NCBI GenBank assembly: GCA_963662945.1 | Contig: OY759974.1 | Span: forward strand, 1,856,001 to 1,920,000 | Length of the DNA stretch: 64,000 nt | Source: Arcobacteraceae bacterium | Lineage (GTDB): Bacteria; Campylobacterota; Campylobacteria; Campylobacterales; Arcobacteraceae | Direction: 5' to 3' | Shown here: piece by piece, positions 11,654-22,231 of the stretch | Layout of the letters: each line of letters begins with the position of its first letter | Numbering within the stretch: position 1 is the first letter of the stretch | The notes under the pieces: model-generated | Databases searched by the model: none | What the model was told of the DNA's origin: nothing | Seen by the model: only the letters and a program-made list of their open reading frames with translations | Position numbers and translations under genes: made by a program

Positions 11654-11669
11654 TTATCTACATTTATGA

Positions 11670-12860
11670 CTAGGTACGATAGTCGGCATTGATTTTTACA
11701 TACTCATACCCAAGGTCACAACCCCAAGCAGTAAAAGATCCATTTGCAATACCAATATCACAGGTAATTTTGAAACTACTTTCTTTTAAAACTTGTGCAG
11801 CTTCTTTTTCCAACTCTGCTGTAAATAGTATTTCACCTTGTTTATAAACTGTAACATTACCAAAAGTAATTGTAAGTTTTGTTTCATCACAAGCCATCCC
11901 ACTAGCCCCAATAGTTGAAGCGATTCTTCCCCAGTTTGGGTCTTCTCCAAAAAGTGCAGTTTTTACAAGTAATGAGTTTGATAATGCTTTTGCAATAATT
12001 TCTGCTTCATCATCATCTTTTGCCCCATTTACTTCAAATGCAACAGCTTTTTTTGCTCCTTCACCATCAGCAACCATTAACATAGCCATATCATGCATTA
12101 CAAGTCGTAAAGCTTCACAAAAAGCATCTTTGTCATAAGCATTTGATTTCCCATTTGCTAATAGTAATACAGTATCATTTGTAGAAGTATCTCCATCTAC
12201 ACTAATTGCATTGAAAGTTGTTTTACTATTTTTTACTAATAATTCTTTCATATCATTTTTTGGAATAGCAGCATCAGTACAGATAAAACAAAGCATTGTT
12301 GCTAAGTTCGGATTAATCATTCCAGCACCTTTAGCAATTGCACCTATTTTAAATGTTGATCCATCTTTTAATTTTACTTCATAAAAAGTAGTTTTCGGAT
12401 AGCCATCTGTTGTCATAATAGCTTGACTAAGATTTGTCCCATTTTTTTGTGTTAAATCAAATTGTAATGCCCCATTTAAAATTTTCTCTTGAGGTATTCT
12501 TACACCAATAACACCTGTACTACTCATAATAGGATTTTCAATTGTAGGAAATGTATTTTTTAAAGATGCAAAAAGATTATTGATATCTTCAATACCTTTT
12601 TCTCCAGTCATTGCATTTGCATTTTTAGAGTTAATAAGTACAAAATTTGTTTTAAAACTTTTATCATATCGTAAAAAATGTCGCAAAGGTGCTGCTTTAA
12701 AATTATTTTCTGTAAATACAGCTTCCACTTCACATAAACTATCAGTATAGATAAATCCCATGTCTAATTTATTATTAGCTTTAAGTCCGGCACTAATGCC
12801 ATTACAATAAAATCCATCTATATCACTTATTGTACCCTTAATAGGGAAAATACTAAACAT
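11670..12860 (-). CDS. argJ: ornithine acetyltransferase ArgJ
   Basis: AIMTTD, KGAGMINPNLATML, DGDTSTNDT, DGEGA, DPNWGRI, INADYRT. Confidence 0.97.
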   Translation of the reverse strand: MFSIFPIKGTISDIDGFYCNGISAGLKANNKLDMGFIYTDSLCEVEAVFTENNFKAAPLRHFLRYDKSFKTNFVLINSKNANAMTGEKGIEDINNLFASLKNTFPTIENPIMSSTGVIGVRIPQEKILNGALQFDLTQKNGTNLSQAIMTTDGYPKTTFYEVKLKDGSTFKIGAIAKGAGMINPNLATMLCFICTDAAIPKNDMKELLVKNSKTTFNAISVDGDTSTNDTVLLLANGKSNAYDKDAFCEALRLVMHDMAMLMVADGEGAKKAVAFEVNGAKDDDEAEIIAKALSNSLLVKTALFGEDPNWGRIASTIGASGMACDETKLTITFGNVTVYKQGEILFTAELEKEAAQVLKESSFKITCDIGIANGSFTAWGCDLGYEYVKINADYRT

Positions 12861-13986
12861 CTATTAATTCCTTTGGTTTTTGTTTTCTATTTATTAACAC
12901 TTTAGCTCTTGCTATACCCGCTTGATCACCTATAACTAAAAGTTTACACCCTTTTTGCACTTTTGTAGTTCCTTTAGGTGTTTGTATAAATTTTCCACTT
13001 GCTTCTGTTATCCCAATGATACTTACTTTTATCTTATCTCGTAAATGTGCATCTTGGATTGCTTGGTCTAAAAACCAACTATCATCATTTACATAAATCT
13101 CTTCCATATCAATAGGAGTATCTTTTTTATATAAAAATTCTTCTAAAACATTTTCCATATCTGGTCTTATTGCCATAGCACTTACTCTTTTTGCCATAAG
13201 TTCTGGTGGTGCAACTACTTTATTTGCTCCAAGTTTTTTAAGTCTTTCTATATCTTTCTTTGATTCTGCATTACAAATAATAAGAAAAGGATTCTTTCTC
13301 CCTAACTCTTTTTCATAAAGTCTTACAGAAGCTATAATTGTAATACTATCTGAGATATTTTTTGATAAAGAGATTACCCCTTTTGCACTTGAAAGATGTG
13401 ATTTTAAAAAAGCACGTTCTGTATAAGTTTCTTCTCTTACATAGTAAGGGTAGTTGTTTTTAGCTGCTATCTCTTCTAACTCATCAGTAGGATCAACAAT
13501 AACAAAAGGTATATGATTTTGTTTAAATTGCTCTGCTAGTTGTACTGTGTATTCATTATGATTGAATATTACAAAGTGATTACGAAGCCGTGCTATTTTA
13601 TATAACATATTTCTCTCCTTGTATAGGTCTAGAAATTTACCTTTTACTAATACTTGAATAAGTGTAGTAATCGATAAAGTAAATATTAAAAATCCAAATA
13701 TTATAAGGGTAATTGTGAATAATCTTCCAGCAGGTGATATAGGAGCAACTTCTCCGAATCCTACAGTTGTAAATGTTATACCTGTTTGATAAATCGCATC
13801 AAGAATAGTAAAATCATCAATAACCATATAACCAATGGTTCCAACCATCATGATTACTTGTAATAATATTAAAGGAAGTCTAAAGTGTTTAAATTGAGAG
13901 TATATCTCTTTGTCTAGGTTAAACTCTGGCTTAGAACTTCTGTAGTCCCAGCCAATAGCTTTTTTGATGTTTCTTATGTATTGCAT
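12853..13986 (-). CDS. potassium channel protein with TrkA-N/TrkA-C (RCK) domains
   Basis: pore signature TTVGFGE flanked by TM helices, followed by RCK domains. Confidence 0.9.
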   Translation of the reverse strand: MQYIRNIKKAIGWDYRSSKPEFNLDKEIYSQFKHFRLPLILLQVIMMVGTIGYMVIDDFTILDAIYQTGITFTTVGFGEVAPISPAGRLFTITLIIFGFLIFTLSITTLIQVLVKGKFLDLYKERNMLYKIARLRNHFVIFNHNEYTVQLAEQFKQNHIPFVIVDPTDELEEIAAKNNYPYYVREETYTERAFLKSHLSSAKGVISLSKNISDSITIIASVRLYEKELGRKNPFLIICNAESKKDIERLKKLGANKVVAPPELMAKRVSAMAIRPDMENVLEEFLYKKDTPIDMEEIYVNDDSWFLDQAIQDAHLRDKIKVSIIGITEASGKFIQTPKGTTKVQKGCKLLVIGDQAGIARAKVLINRKQKPKELIDV

Positions 13987-14007
13987 AAAAACATCTTTAT
14001 TTTTTTC

Positions 14008-14196
14008 TTATGAATTCTTTTTAAGAGTTCTAAGTTCTTTTGCCGAGATTTTAATTTTTCTTGTAGTACCATCTTCTAATGATATTCTAACTGTTCTTAA
14101 ATTTGGTAAAAATTTTCTTCTTGTTCTGTTTTTCGCGTGACTCACGTTATTTCCAGACATTGGACCTTTACCAGAAAGCATACATCTTCTTGCCAT
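14008..14196 (-). CDS. rpmB: 50S ribosomal protein L28
   Basis: [31 protein letters not shown]. Confidence 0.97.
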   Translation of the reverse strand: MARRCMLSGKGPMSGNNVSHAKNRTRRKFLPNLRTVRISLEDGTTRKIKISAKELRTLKKNS

Positions 14197-14257
14197 TTTT
14201 ATTTCCTTGAGTGTAAAATTATTTGGAATGGTATCTAATAACTACTTAAAATAGTCT

Positions 14258-14554
14258 TTAACGTTTTGGAAAAAGTGAATCAAAGTCAATATCAAAGTAT
14301 CTATGAGGCTTATTATCAGTTTTCGGTCTCATTTTATCATAATTTTCACTAATATCACTATATTTTTCTTTTGTATTATCTAATAACATTCCTGCTAAAA
14401 TAAGAAGAATTAATAATATAGAAGTAATATAAACTATTACTTCACTTCCTATATAAATGTCAAATTCCTCAAATAGGTATTCTACTATTTTTTTTCGCGT
14501 AAAAAATACTACAAGTACGAGTATAACACAAACAAAGAAAACTATAGTATTCAT
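14258..14554 (-). CDS. hypothetical membrane protein
   Basis: 98 aa, two hydrophobic segments; AAGGA upstream at the end of the ABC-F gene. Confidence 0.6.
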   Translation of the reverse strand: MNTIVFFVCVILVLVVFFTRKKIVEYLFEEFDIYIGSEVIVYITSILLILLILAGMLLDNTKEKYSDISENYDKMRPKTDNKPHRYFDIDFDSLFPKR

Positions 14555-14557
14555 TTT

Positions 14558-16156
14558 TTATCCTTTATTTTGAGATTTAAACTCTAAATACTCTTCATAT
14601 GTTCCATCAAAATCAATAATAGAACCATCTTCTTGAATTTCCATAATTCTATTTGCAAATGCATCAAGTAACTCTCTATCGTGAGACACACAAATAACTG
14701 TTCCTTCATAAGATAATAATGCTTCACCAAGAGCAATAATAGCTTCTAAGTCAAGATGGTTTGTAGGTTCATCTAATAGTAAAAAGTTTCTTTTTTCAAG
14801 CATAATTTTACTAAGCATCATTCTATGTTTTTCACCCCCAGAACAATTCATAACTGATTTTTCTTGTTCTTCACCATTAAAAAGCATTCTTCCTAAACAA
14901 TTTCTAATTTCACCAATATCTGCTTGTCTATCAAAGTCTCTTAACCAGTTATAAAGTGTAATATCACCTTTTATAATATCAGTAGTATTTTGTGGAAAAT
15001 AACTTACAAGTGCAGTTGCTCCCCATTTTACCTCTCCACTATCTGGTTTTATTTTTTCCATTAAGATTTCACATAAAGTTGTTTTACCAGCACCATTTGG
15101 ACCAATTAAAGCTATTTTATCTTTTTTCTCCAACATAAAGTTAATGTCTTTTAAGATAACTTCACCATCGTAAGATTTACAAATATCTTTAACTTCTAGA
15201 ACCTCTTTTGAAATAGGTTTTTCTTGTTTAAATACAATTGATGGATCTCTTCTTGAGCTTACTTCAATTGCTGCTATATCTAACTTATCAAGTTGTTTTT
15301 GTCTTGAAGTTGCTTGTTTTGCTTTAGAAGCATTTGCACTAAATCTTGCAACAAAGGCCTCAAGTTCAGCTTTTTCTTTAAGTTTTTTATCTCTTTGAGC
15401 ATCTGCTTGTTTTGCTAATACAGTTGCTGCAATATACCAATCATCATAGTTTCCTGTAAACTCTCTAATTTTTTTGAAGTCAACATCAAGAATGTGTGTA
15501 CATACAGCATTTAAGAAGTGTCTATCGTGTGAGATAACTACCATAGTTCCTTCATGGTGTTGTAGTTGGTTTTCAAGCCAAGAGATAGTTTCCATATCAA
15601 GGTTGTTTGTAGGCTCATCTAGGAATAATACATCTGGTTTTGGAAAAAGTACTTGAGCAAGTAAAACTTTAAATTTATCTCCACCTGTTATTGTACTCAT
15701 TAAATCATTGTGTTGTGATGCAGGAAATCCAAGAGATTCAAGTATTTTTGTAATTTTTACATCATACTCATAAGTAGGGTCTTCTTCACAACAAATCATT
15801 TCTAATTCACCTAGCTTTTCACCAATCGCATCCGTATACTCTTCCATATAAAGAGCTTCTTTTTCTTTAATTGCATCATAAAGTCTTTTGTTTCCATAAA
15901 GAACAGCATCTGCTAGTGTGAAATCTTCATAAGCAAATTGATTCTGGCTAAGTACTCCCACTTTTTTTCCACTTTGTACTTGTACTTCACCATCTGTGAT
16001 ATCTTCAGTTCCACTTAGCATTTTTAAAAATGTTGTTTTACCAGCACCATTGGCACCTATTAGACCATATCTTTTCCCTGCGTCTAATGATAAGTTTATA
16101 TCCTGAAATAAAACTCTGTTACCAAATGATTTTTTTAAATTTACAACTTTTACCAT
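14558..16156 (-). CDS. ABC-F family ATPase (YbiT-like)
   Basis: two ABC domains (GANGAGKT, GPNGAGKT, LDEPTN twice), no TM segments. Confidence 0.93.
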   Translation of the reverse strand: MVKVVNLKKSFGNRVLFQDINLSLDAGKRYGLIGANGAGKTTFLKMLSGTEDITDGEVQVQSGKKVGVLSQNQFAYEDFTLADAVLYGNKRLYDAIKEKEALYMEEYTDAIGEKLGELEMICCEEDPTYEYDVKITKILESLGFPASQHNDLMSTITGGDKFKVLLAQVLFPKPDVLFLDEPTNNLDMETISWLENQLQHHEGTMVVISHDRHFLNAVCTHILDVDFKKIREFTGNYDDWYIAATVLAKQADAQRDKKLKEKAELEAFVARFSANASKAKQATSRQKQLDKLDIAAIEVSSRRDPSIVFKQEKPISKEVLEVKDICKSYDGEVILKDINFMLEKKDKIALIGPNGAGKTTLCEILMEKIKPDSGEVKWGATALVSYFPQNTTDIIKGDITLYNWLRDFDRQADIGEIRNCLGRMLFNGEEQEKSVMNCSGGEKHRMMLSKIMLEKRNFLLLDEPTNHLDLEAIIALGEALLSYEGTVICVSHDRELLDAFANRIMEIQEDGSIIDFDGTYEEYLEFKSQNKG

Positions 16157-16213
16157 AAAATATTTATCCTTTTTTCTTTTCTATTCTGTTATATTTTCCA
16201 ATTATATCGAAAG

Positions 16214-17266
16214 TTACCCTAATAATCTATTGATATCATTATAAAGTCCTAAACTCATAAGCCCCAATAATATAACCCATCCGCCAATTGTAAGGTTTAC
16301 TAATACTTTTTCACTAGGTTTTAGCCCTGTAATCATCTCATAAAGATTAAACACTATATGACCACCATCAAGTGCTGGGATTGGAAGAAGATTTAATACC
16401 CCTAAGTTTACAGATATAAGTGCTGTAATTGTTAAAAGTGCAACAAAACTATAAGCACTAGCATCACTGATAACTGTACCTATGCTAATAACTCCACCAA
16501 TCTCACTACTAGGTACTACCCCTTGAATGAGTTTTTGAACACCTAGAAAAATCATCTTACTAGCTTCTATTGTTTTATCGTAAGCAAAAGAGATTGCTTC
16601 AAGTGGTGAATAGTATATTGTCACTAATTTAGGAGCGGGTGCAATTCCTATCATTTTCTTTTGAATTTTTTCTTTAAACATATTCACTGAATCACTCATT
16701 TTAGGGTAGAGTGTTCTTGAGAGTAGTTTTTCATCTCTCTTGATAAAAAAAGTTAAACTTCCTTGAGAATTTTTAATAATATCACTTAAATCATCCCAAG
16801 TTTGAATTTTAGTATCATTAATTTTTAATATTTCATCATTTTCTTTCAATCCAGCTATACTAGCAGGAGAATTTTCTATAACTTTTCCTATGGTTGGTGC
16901 AATATGATTATTCCCTAAAAGCCCAATCATAATATAAATTACAAAAGCAAGTAAAAAGTTAGCAAATGGACCAGCTAAGAGTATAAGTATTCTTTGCATT
17001 GGTGTTTTTGTGTTGTAACTATCTGGATCATTGTTTGATAAAGCAGGGTTTAAATCTTCTTGCCCTTTCATTTTTACATATCCACCAAGAGGAATAAGTG
17101 AAAAAGACCAATCGGTTCCTTTATAGTGTTTTGTGATTAATCTTTTTCCAAATCCTATTGAAAATACATAAACTTTTACACCTAAAAGTCTAGCAACTGT
17201 AAAGTGACCAAGTTCATGTACAAAAACTAAAATTGATAAAACTATTATAAATGTTATAAATCCCAT
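16214..17266 (-). CDS. rseP: RIP metalloprotease RseP
   Basis: HELGH, PLGGYV, PDZ domain, NLLPIPALDGGH. Confidence 0.95.
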   Translation of the reverse strand: MGFITFIIVLSILVFVHELGHFTVARLLGVKVYVFSIGFGKRLITKHYKGTDWSFSLIPLGGYVKMKGQEDLNPALSNNDPDSYNTKTPMQRILILLAGPFANFLLAFVIYIMIGLLGNNHIAPTIGKVIENSPASIAGLKENDEILKINDTKIQTWDDLSDIIKNSQGSLTFFIKRDEKLLSRTLYPKMSDSVNMFKEKIQKKMIGIAPAPKLVTIYYSPLEAISFAYDKTIEASKMIFLGVQKLIQGVVPSSEIGGVISIGTVISDASAYSFVALLTITALISVNLGVLNLLPIPALDGGHIVFNLYEMITGLKPSEKVLVNLTIGGWVILLGLMSLGLYNDINRLLG

Positions 17267-17811
17267 TATTTTAAATAATCCCTTATATATTCATATCCAG
17301 AGTAAAGTGTAAGTGCAACAGCAAACCATAATAGTTCAGTGCCAAATGGCCAGTTCATAATTAAAAAACCTATTGCTATCATTTGCACAACAGTTTTTAT
17401 TTTTCCAGCCATTGTTGAAGCGACATCTTTCCCTTCACTTACAGCAACTACACGAAGACCAGTTATAAAAAACTCTCGTGTTAAGATAAGAAATACTGCA
17501 AATGCACTTGCACGATCTAAGACAATAAGTCCTATAAATCCAGCAAGTACTAACATCTTATCTGCAAGGGGGTCTAAAATTCCCCCAAGTTTTGTCATTT
17601 GGTCCCAGCTTCGTGCAATGTAGCCATCAAAAAAATCTGTAACTGAAGCAATAACAAAAATTAATCCTGCAAAATAATCAAACCAGCTAGGATGCCACCC
17701 TTCAAAGATAGGATTGTTTTGATCAATCATAAACCAAAGCATAAGTGGTGCTAGAACTATTCTAAAACCTGCTAATAGGTTTGGTAAATTTAAGTTTTTA
17801 GAGTTATTCAT
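17266..17811 (-). CDS. pgsA: phosphatidylglycerophosphate synthase
   Basis: TDFFDGYIAR...G.ILDPLADK CDP-alcohol phosphotransferase motif. Confidence 0.95.
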   Translation of the reverse strand: MNNSKNLNLPNLLAGFRIVLAPLMLWFMIDQNNPIFEGWHPSWFDYFAGLIFVIASVTDFFDGYIARSWDQMTKLGGILDPLADKMLVLAGFIGLIVLDRASAFAVFLILTREFFITGLRVVAVSEGKDVASTMAGKIKTVVQMIAIGFLIMNWPFGTELLWFAVALTLYSGYEYIRDYLK

Positions 17812-18578
17812 TATTTTTTAAAAGTTGTCCCACCATCAACAAGTAGTGTACTTCCAGTTATCCAAGAAGCTTCATCACTACATAAAAAGTAACAAGCACT
17901 AGCTAAATCTTCAGGTTGTCCCATTCTTCCAAGTGGAGATAGTTCTGCTGTTTTTGCTGCTACCTCTTCATAGTTTGTAAAAGCTTTTAATGCATCTGTG
18001 TCAATAGGTCCTCCACTTACTGCATTTACTCTAATTCCCATAGGTCCTAATTCTGTTGCAGCATATCTAACCATTGCTTCTACAGCTGCTTTATTTGTAC
18101 CATGTCCTGCATAGTTTTCAATATATACTAAATTTCCAGTAGAACTAAGACTTACTATAGCACCACCACCATTTTTTTCCATTCTTTTTGCAGCTTGTTG
18201 TGAACAGCATACAAAAGCATCAACAGTTGCAGTATAAATATTGTCTAAACCACGTGGCTTTAGTTTCATATATTTTCCATATCCACCAACAACAGCTCTA
18301 CCATAAATCATAGCATTTGAGATAAAATAATCTATAGTTTCAAAATCTTCATCAATTTTAGCAAATAACTCTTTTGCAGTTTCAGGTTCTAAGATATTGT
18401 ATGGGTAGTATCTAGCTTTAATACCATAAGTTGCTTCTAAATCAGCAGCGATTTCCTTCGCTGACTCTTCATTTGAATTGTAAGTAAAAGCTACATTGAT
18501 ACCCTCTTTGGCAAATCTATAAGCACAAGCTTTTCCAATACCTTTTGTTGCCCCTGTAATCACAAGTGTTTTTGACAT
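17811..18578 (-). CDS. SDR oxidoreductase, FabL-like enoyl-ACP reductase
   Basis: TGATKGIG, YAGHGTNKAA, VSGGPIDTDAL; upstream of pgsA as in other Campylobacterota. Confidence 0.8.
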   Translation of the reverse strand: MSKTLVITGATKGIGKACAYRFAKEGINVAFTYNSNEESAKEIAADLEATYGIKARYYPYNILEPETAKELFAKIDEDFETIDYFISNAMIYGRAVVGGYGKYMKLKPRGLDNIYTATVDAFVCCSQQAAKRMEKNGGGAIVSLSSTGNLVYIENYAGHGTNKAAVEAMVRYAATELGPMGIRVNAVSGGPIDTDALKAFTNYEEVAAKTAELSPLGRMGQPEDLASACYFLCSDEASWITGSTLLVDGGTTFKK

Positions 18579-18664
18579 TTAATTTTCCTTCTATAAAATA
18601 TAAATTATATGATTTTCTTGGATTATAGCTAAAAAGTGATTAATATATTATGGTATAATTTGAA

Positions 18665-20026
18665 ATGAATAAAAACCATTTAATAACTAATGATATAAAT
18701 AGTCTCATCAAACAAATAGCAATCCCTTCAAGTATAGGTATGTTTTTTAACACAATGTATAATGTAGTTGATACTTTTTATGTGGGTATGTTATCTACTA
18801 TTGCTATTACAGCACTTTCCTATAGTTTTATTGTGTATTTTATGTTACTTTCTATTAGCTTTGGACTATCATCTGCTATTACAGCTCATGTAGGAAATTC
18901 ACTTGGAAAATATAAAATAAAATTAGCAAAAATCTTTATAGCAAATGGTATAACTTTTGTAACAATAGTTGCATTACTCCTTTGTAGTATAGGATTTATT
19001 TTTGTGGAAGATATTTTTATATTGATGGGTGCTAAAGATGAAGCACTATATTTATCTCTTGATTATACCTATATAATACTCATAGGTGTCTTGCCAATGC
19101 TTATAGGTCTTGGGGCAAATGCAGTGCTTATAGCACGTGGAGATACAAAAAGTTATAGAAATACTTTGGTATTTGGATTTTTTTTAAATCTGATTTTAGA
19201 TCCGTTGTTTATGTATGGATATGGTTTTATCCCAGCTTTTGGATTTAAAGGTGTTGCTTATGCTACTGTTTTTATCCAGTTTATAACTTTTGGATATATT
19301 ATGTTCAAGCTTTATAAAACAACACTTTTTAACTTTCAAAATTTAAAATTATTTTTACCAGATTGCCGTGTGTATAAAAAAATTCTTGTACAAGCATTAC
19401 CTCAAAGTTTTAATATGTTTATCATGTCATTAGGAACAATGGTTGTTATGTATTTTGTTTCACAATACGGATATAAAAGTGTTGCTGCTTTTGGGATAGG
19501 GTATCGAGTAGAGCAGATTATACTTCTTCCTATGTTGGGATTAAATGTAGCGGTTAGTTCCATCGTTGCTAATAATTTTGGGGCAAAAAATTTTGATAGA
19601 ATTAATGAAGTGATAAAAAAGTCACTTATATATGGCTATATTATGAGTGGTATTGGAGTACTTTTTTTAGCACTAGCTGGAAAATATATCATCATGATAT
19701 TTGATAATGATACAGAAGTTGTATCTGTAGCATATATTTATGTGGTAGTTGAAAGTTTTATATTTTTTGCATATATCACAATATTTATCTCTAACTCTAC
19801 ACTTCAAGGGATAAAACAACCTTTTGTAATACCATATATTAGTTTTTACAGACAGATTTTTATGCCTGTACTTATCTTGTATTTTGTTGTAGATATTTTT
19901 AAACTTGATATTGTTTTCGTATGGATTGTGATGGGAGTTATTATCTATAGTGCCGCTTTTTTTATCTATTATTTTACGAAGAAGAAGTTGTTGGAGTTGG
20001 AGATAAATCTTAGAAAAAAAGAGTAA
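18665..20026 (+). CDS. MATE family efflux transporter
   Basis: about 12 TM helices, YNVVDTFYVG, GDTKS, LDPLF, NFGAKNF. Confidence 0.92.
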   Translation: MNKNHLITNDINSLIKQIAIPSSIGMFFNTMYNVVDTFYVGMLSTIAITALSYSFIVYFMLLSISFGLSSAITAHVGNSLGKYKIKLAKIFIANGITFVTIVALLLCSIGFIFVEDIFILMGAKDEALYLSLDYTYIILIGVLPMLIGLGANAVLIARGDTKSYRNTLVFGFFLNLILDPLFMYGYGFIPAFGFKGVAYATVFIQFITFGYIMFKLYKTTLFNFQNLKLFLPDCRVYKKILVQALPQSFNMFIMSLGTMVVMYFVSQYGYKSVAAFGIGYRVEQIILLPMLGLNVAVSSIVANNFGAKNFDRINEVIKKSLIYGYIMSGIGVLFLALAGKYIIMIFDNDTEVVSVAYIYVVVESFIFFAYITIFISNSTLQGIKQPFVIPYISFYRQIFMPVLILYFVVDIFKLDIVFVWIVMGVIIYSAAFFIYYFTKKKLLELEINLRKKE

Positions 20027-20041
20027 ATAGTTTAATTTTAT

Positions 20042-20281
20042 TTATTCTTTGATACTGTTACAAAAGATAATAGTCTTAGCAGTTTTACCATTTGTAAACA
20101 CACGATTTCCACCAATTCGCCAACCATTACTTTGTCTGACTGTCTCATCATCACATTGTATAGGTTTGTTGTCTCGAAAATCTTTGAGTAGTTGGGCTCG
20201 TCTATTCTTTTCATCGAAACCATAAATAACAATACAAATGAAAATAATAAGTGTGATATAGATTAATTTTTTATTTGTCAT
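20042..20281 (-). CDS. small hypothetical membrane-anchored protein
   Basis: 79 aa, N-terminal TM, two Cys; minus-strand TATAAT at 20295-20290. Confidence 0.6.
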   Translation of the reverse strand: MTNKKLIYITLIIFICIVIYGFDEKNRRAQLLKDFRDNKPIQCDDETVRQSNGWRIGGNRVFTNGKTAKTIIFCNSIKE

Positions 20282-20676
20282 AATGATATATTATAACTAT
20301 TGTTTGTTTGATTTTTAAATAATTATAAAAACTAACATTATGCAGTCTTATCACGATTTTACCTTAATATACACACATCATGTACTATTATCGTCTAAAT
20401 ATTCATATAAAACATACATAAAAATTCAATAATTAAGATTCATTTTTATTTCAAATTCCAATACTTTTTATAAAAAAATCTCTATAAGTACCTTATTTAA
20501 ATGTTTGTAGTCATTTTGATATACGACATATTTTGCGTATGTTATTTGTTGATTTTTAGGCTATCTTGTATATAATGTATGTTCAATAAAGAGTTAGACA
20601 ATGGATGAACTTATTATGTATAACTTTGTCCAAAACAATATAATGTATAGTTACACTAAGCAAGAGGAAAAACAAA

Positions 20677-22230
20677 TTGAATAAATGCAATATGAACTGT
20701 TATGGCAAATGTCAAAGAAAAGTCTATATAGATGATAGGTGTATATTGCATTGTTCTAAAAACGACTATCAAAAAGATCGTAATTCAGGGTTGCTATCTG
20801 TTTTCTATAATGAGCTTATAGATTATACAATCGAGCAACTATTTCTGAATAGAGAATTACTTGATGATAAATATTCAAAAGATGAAATTATAACTTATCT
20901 AAAAAGTGATAGATTTGAAAATGATGAATATAATGGGGCTTTAAAAAAGAGCATTTTTATCCCAAACTGTATTCACTTTCCAAAAAGAGATGGGCGAGAT
21001 ACATTTGATTATCTGAAAATTTTAAATCTGTTTGGTCAAATTCATTTTAACTATTGTGAATTTTATCTTTCTAGTTTAAATTTAAATAATATAGAGTGTT
21101 TTTTCCAAGATTGTAAATTTAATGATAGATGGACACTTTATGATTATAGAATATTAGAAAATGAAGACAATGTAATTTATCAAACTTGTGAATTTACAAA
21201 ATCAGTTTCAAATTATACACCTGATAGATCAACTGAATTAGCTATTTATAATTACTCTCAATTTGACTACACATGCAAATTCAATAAAAATTTAAAATTT
21301 GACAGATCTATTTTTAAAAATAGGCTTTTTAATACGGAACAAGATAATTTTCTTGATGAGAATTCAATAAAAATATTAGAGTTTAATAAGTGTGTTTTTG
21401 AGAAAGAATTTAAACTTAACCAATATACTATAGATATGTTTATTGTTCAACATAGTGAATTTAACGATACATTTGAATTTCAAAACAATAGTGTAAATGA
21501 TATAAAAATTCAAAACTCAGAATTTGAAAAAGTTTCAGTTTTTACGAATAGCAAATTTATTGATCTATATATAAGTGATAGTGTGTTTAATGAGAACATA
21601 GATTTTAAAAGTTCTATCTTTGGGGAAAAGAATGATTTAACTAAAATTCCTACCACTTTTAAATCTGTAATAATTCATAAATCAATAAATTTTAGAGATG
21701 CAAAATTTTATTATGGATTAGATATACCAGATACAAAAATAAATGACTTATCTAGTTTTTTAAATGCAGACTTGGCTATCGAATATACTCCAAGAGATAC
21801 TTTTAGAAGATTAAAACATGAATTCGATAGTATTGGGAATATTATTGAAGCAAACAAATTTTATCACAAAGAAATGCAAAAAATGGAAGAAGAGTTAAGA
21901 AAAGAACTTCCAAAAAGTTTTTTAGAATGGATAGTATTTCAAATGCATGGTATTTTTTCAAGACATTCTCAAAGTTGGATACGACCAATTATATGGATTT
22001 TGTTAATTAGTCTATTTTGTACTGCAAATATTCAAGACAATTTGATAGATACTATTTTTGCTACTTACTATTCAAATATACTCGATAATATTGCAAATTC
22101 TATAAATCCATTTTCTATTATGACCAGCAAAGACCCAATAACTTTTGGACTCTTAATATTCAAAGTCCTAATAGCCTACTTAATCTATCAATTCATAATT
22201 TCTATACGTCAAAATACTAGGAGAAAATAA
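20677..22230 (+). CDS. pentapeptide-repeat-like protein with Cys-rich N-terminus and C-terminal TM helices
   Basis: GAGG RBS, TTG start; Cys/His cluster; repeated F..S.F....F motifs; hydrophobic C-terminus. Confidence 0.75.
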   Translation: MNKCNMNCYGKCQRKVYIDDRCILHCSKNDYQKDRNSGLLSVFYNELIDYTIEQLFLNRELLDDKYSKDEIITYLKSDRFENDEYNGALKKSIFIPNCIHFPKRDGRDTFDYLKILNLFGQIHFNYCEFYLSSLNLNNIECFFQDCKFNDRWTLYDYRILENEDNVIYQTCEFTKSVSNYTPDRSTELAIYNYSQFDYTCKFNKNLKFDRSIFKNRLFNTEQDNFLDENSIKILEFNKCVFEKEFKLNQYTIDMFIVQHSEFNDTFEFQNNSVNDIKIQNSEFEKVSVFTNSKFIDLYISDSVFNENIDFKSSIFGEKNDLTKIPTTFKSVIIHKSINFRDAKFYYGLDIPDTKINDLSSFLNADLAIEYTPRDTFRRLKHEFDSIGNIIEANKFYHKEMQKMEEELRKELPKSFLEWIVFQMHGIFSRHSQSWIRPIIWILLISLFCTANIQDNLIDTIFATYYSNILDNIANSINPFSIMTSKDPITFGLLIFKVLIAYLIYQFIISIRQNTRRK

Positions 22231-22231
22231 T

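Noticed and set aside
20340-20432. short plus-strand frame containing TLIYTHHV, reminiscent of the integrase TTMIYTHV motif
   Set aside because: No LLGH or other recombinase motif precedes it; a chance match is likely.
20518-20548. CATA...TATGTTA resembling a dif site
   Set aside because: Spacer is one base shorter than in dif and the arms match poorly.
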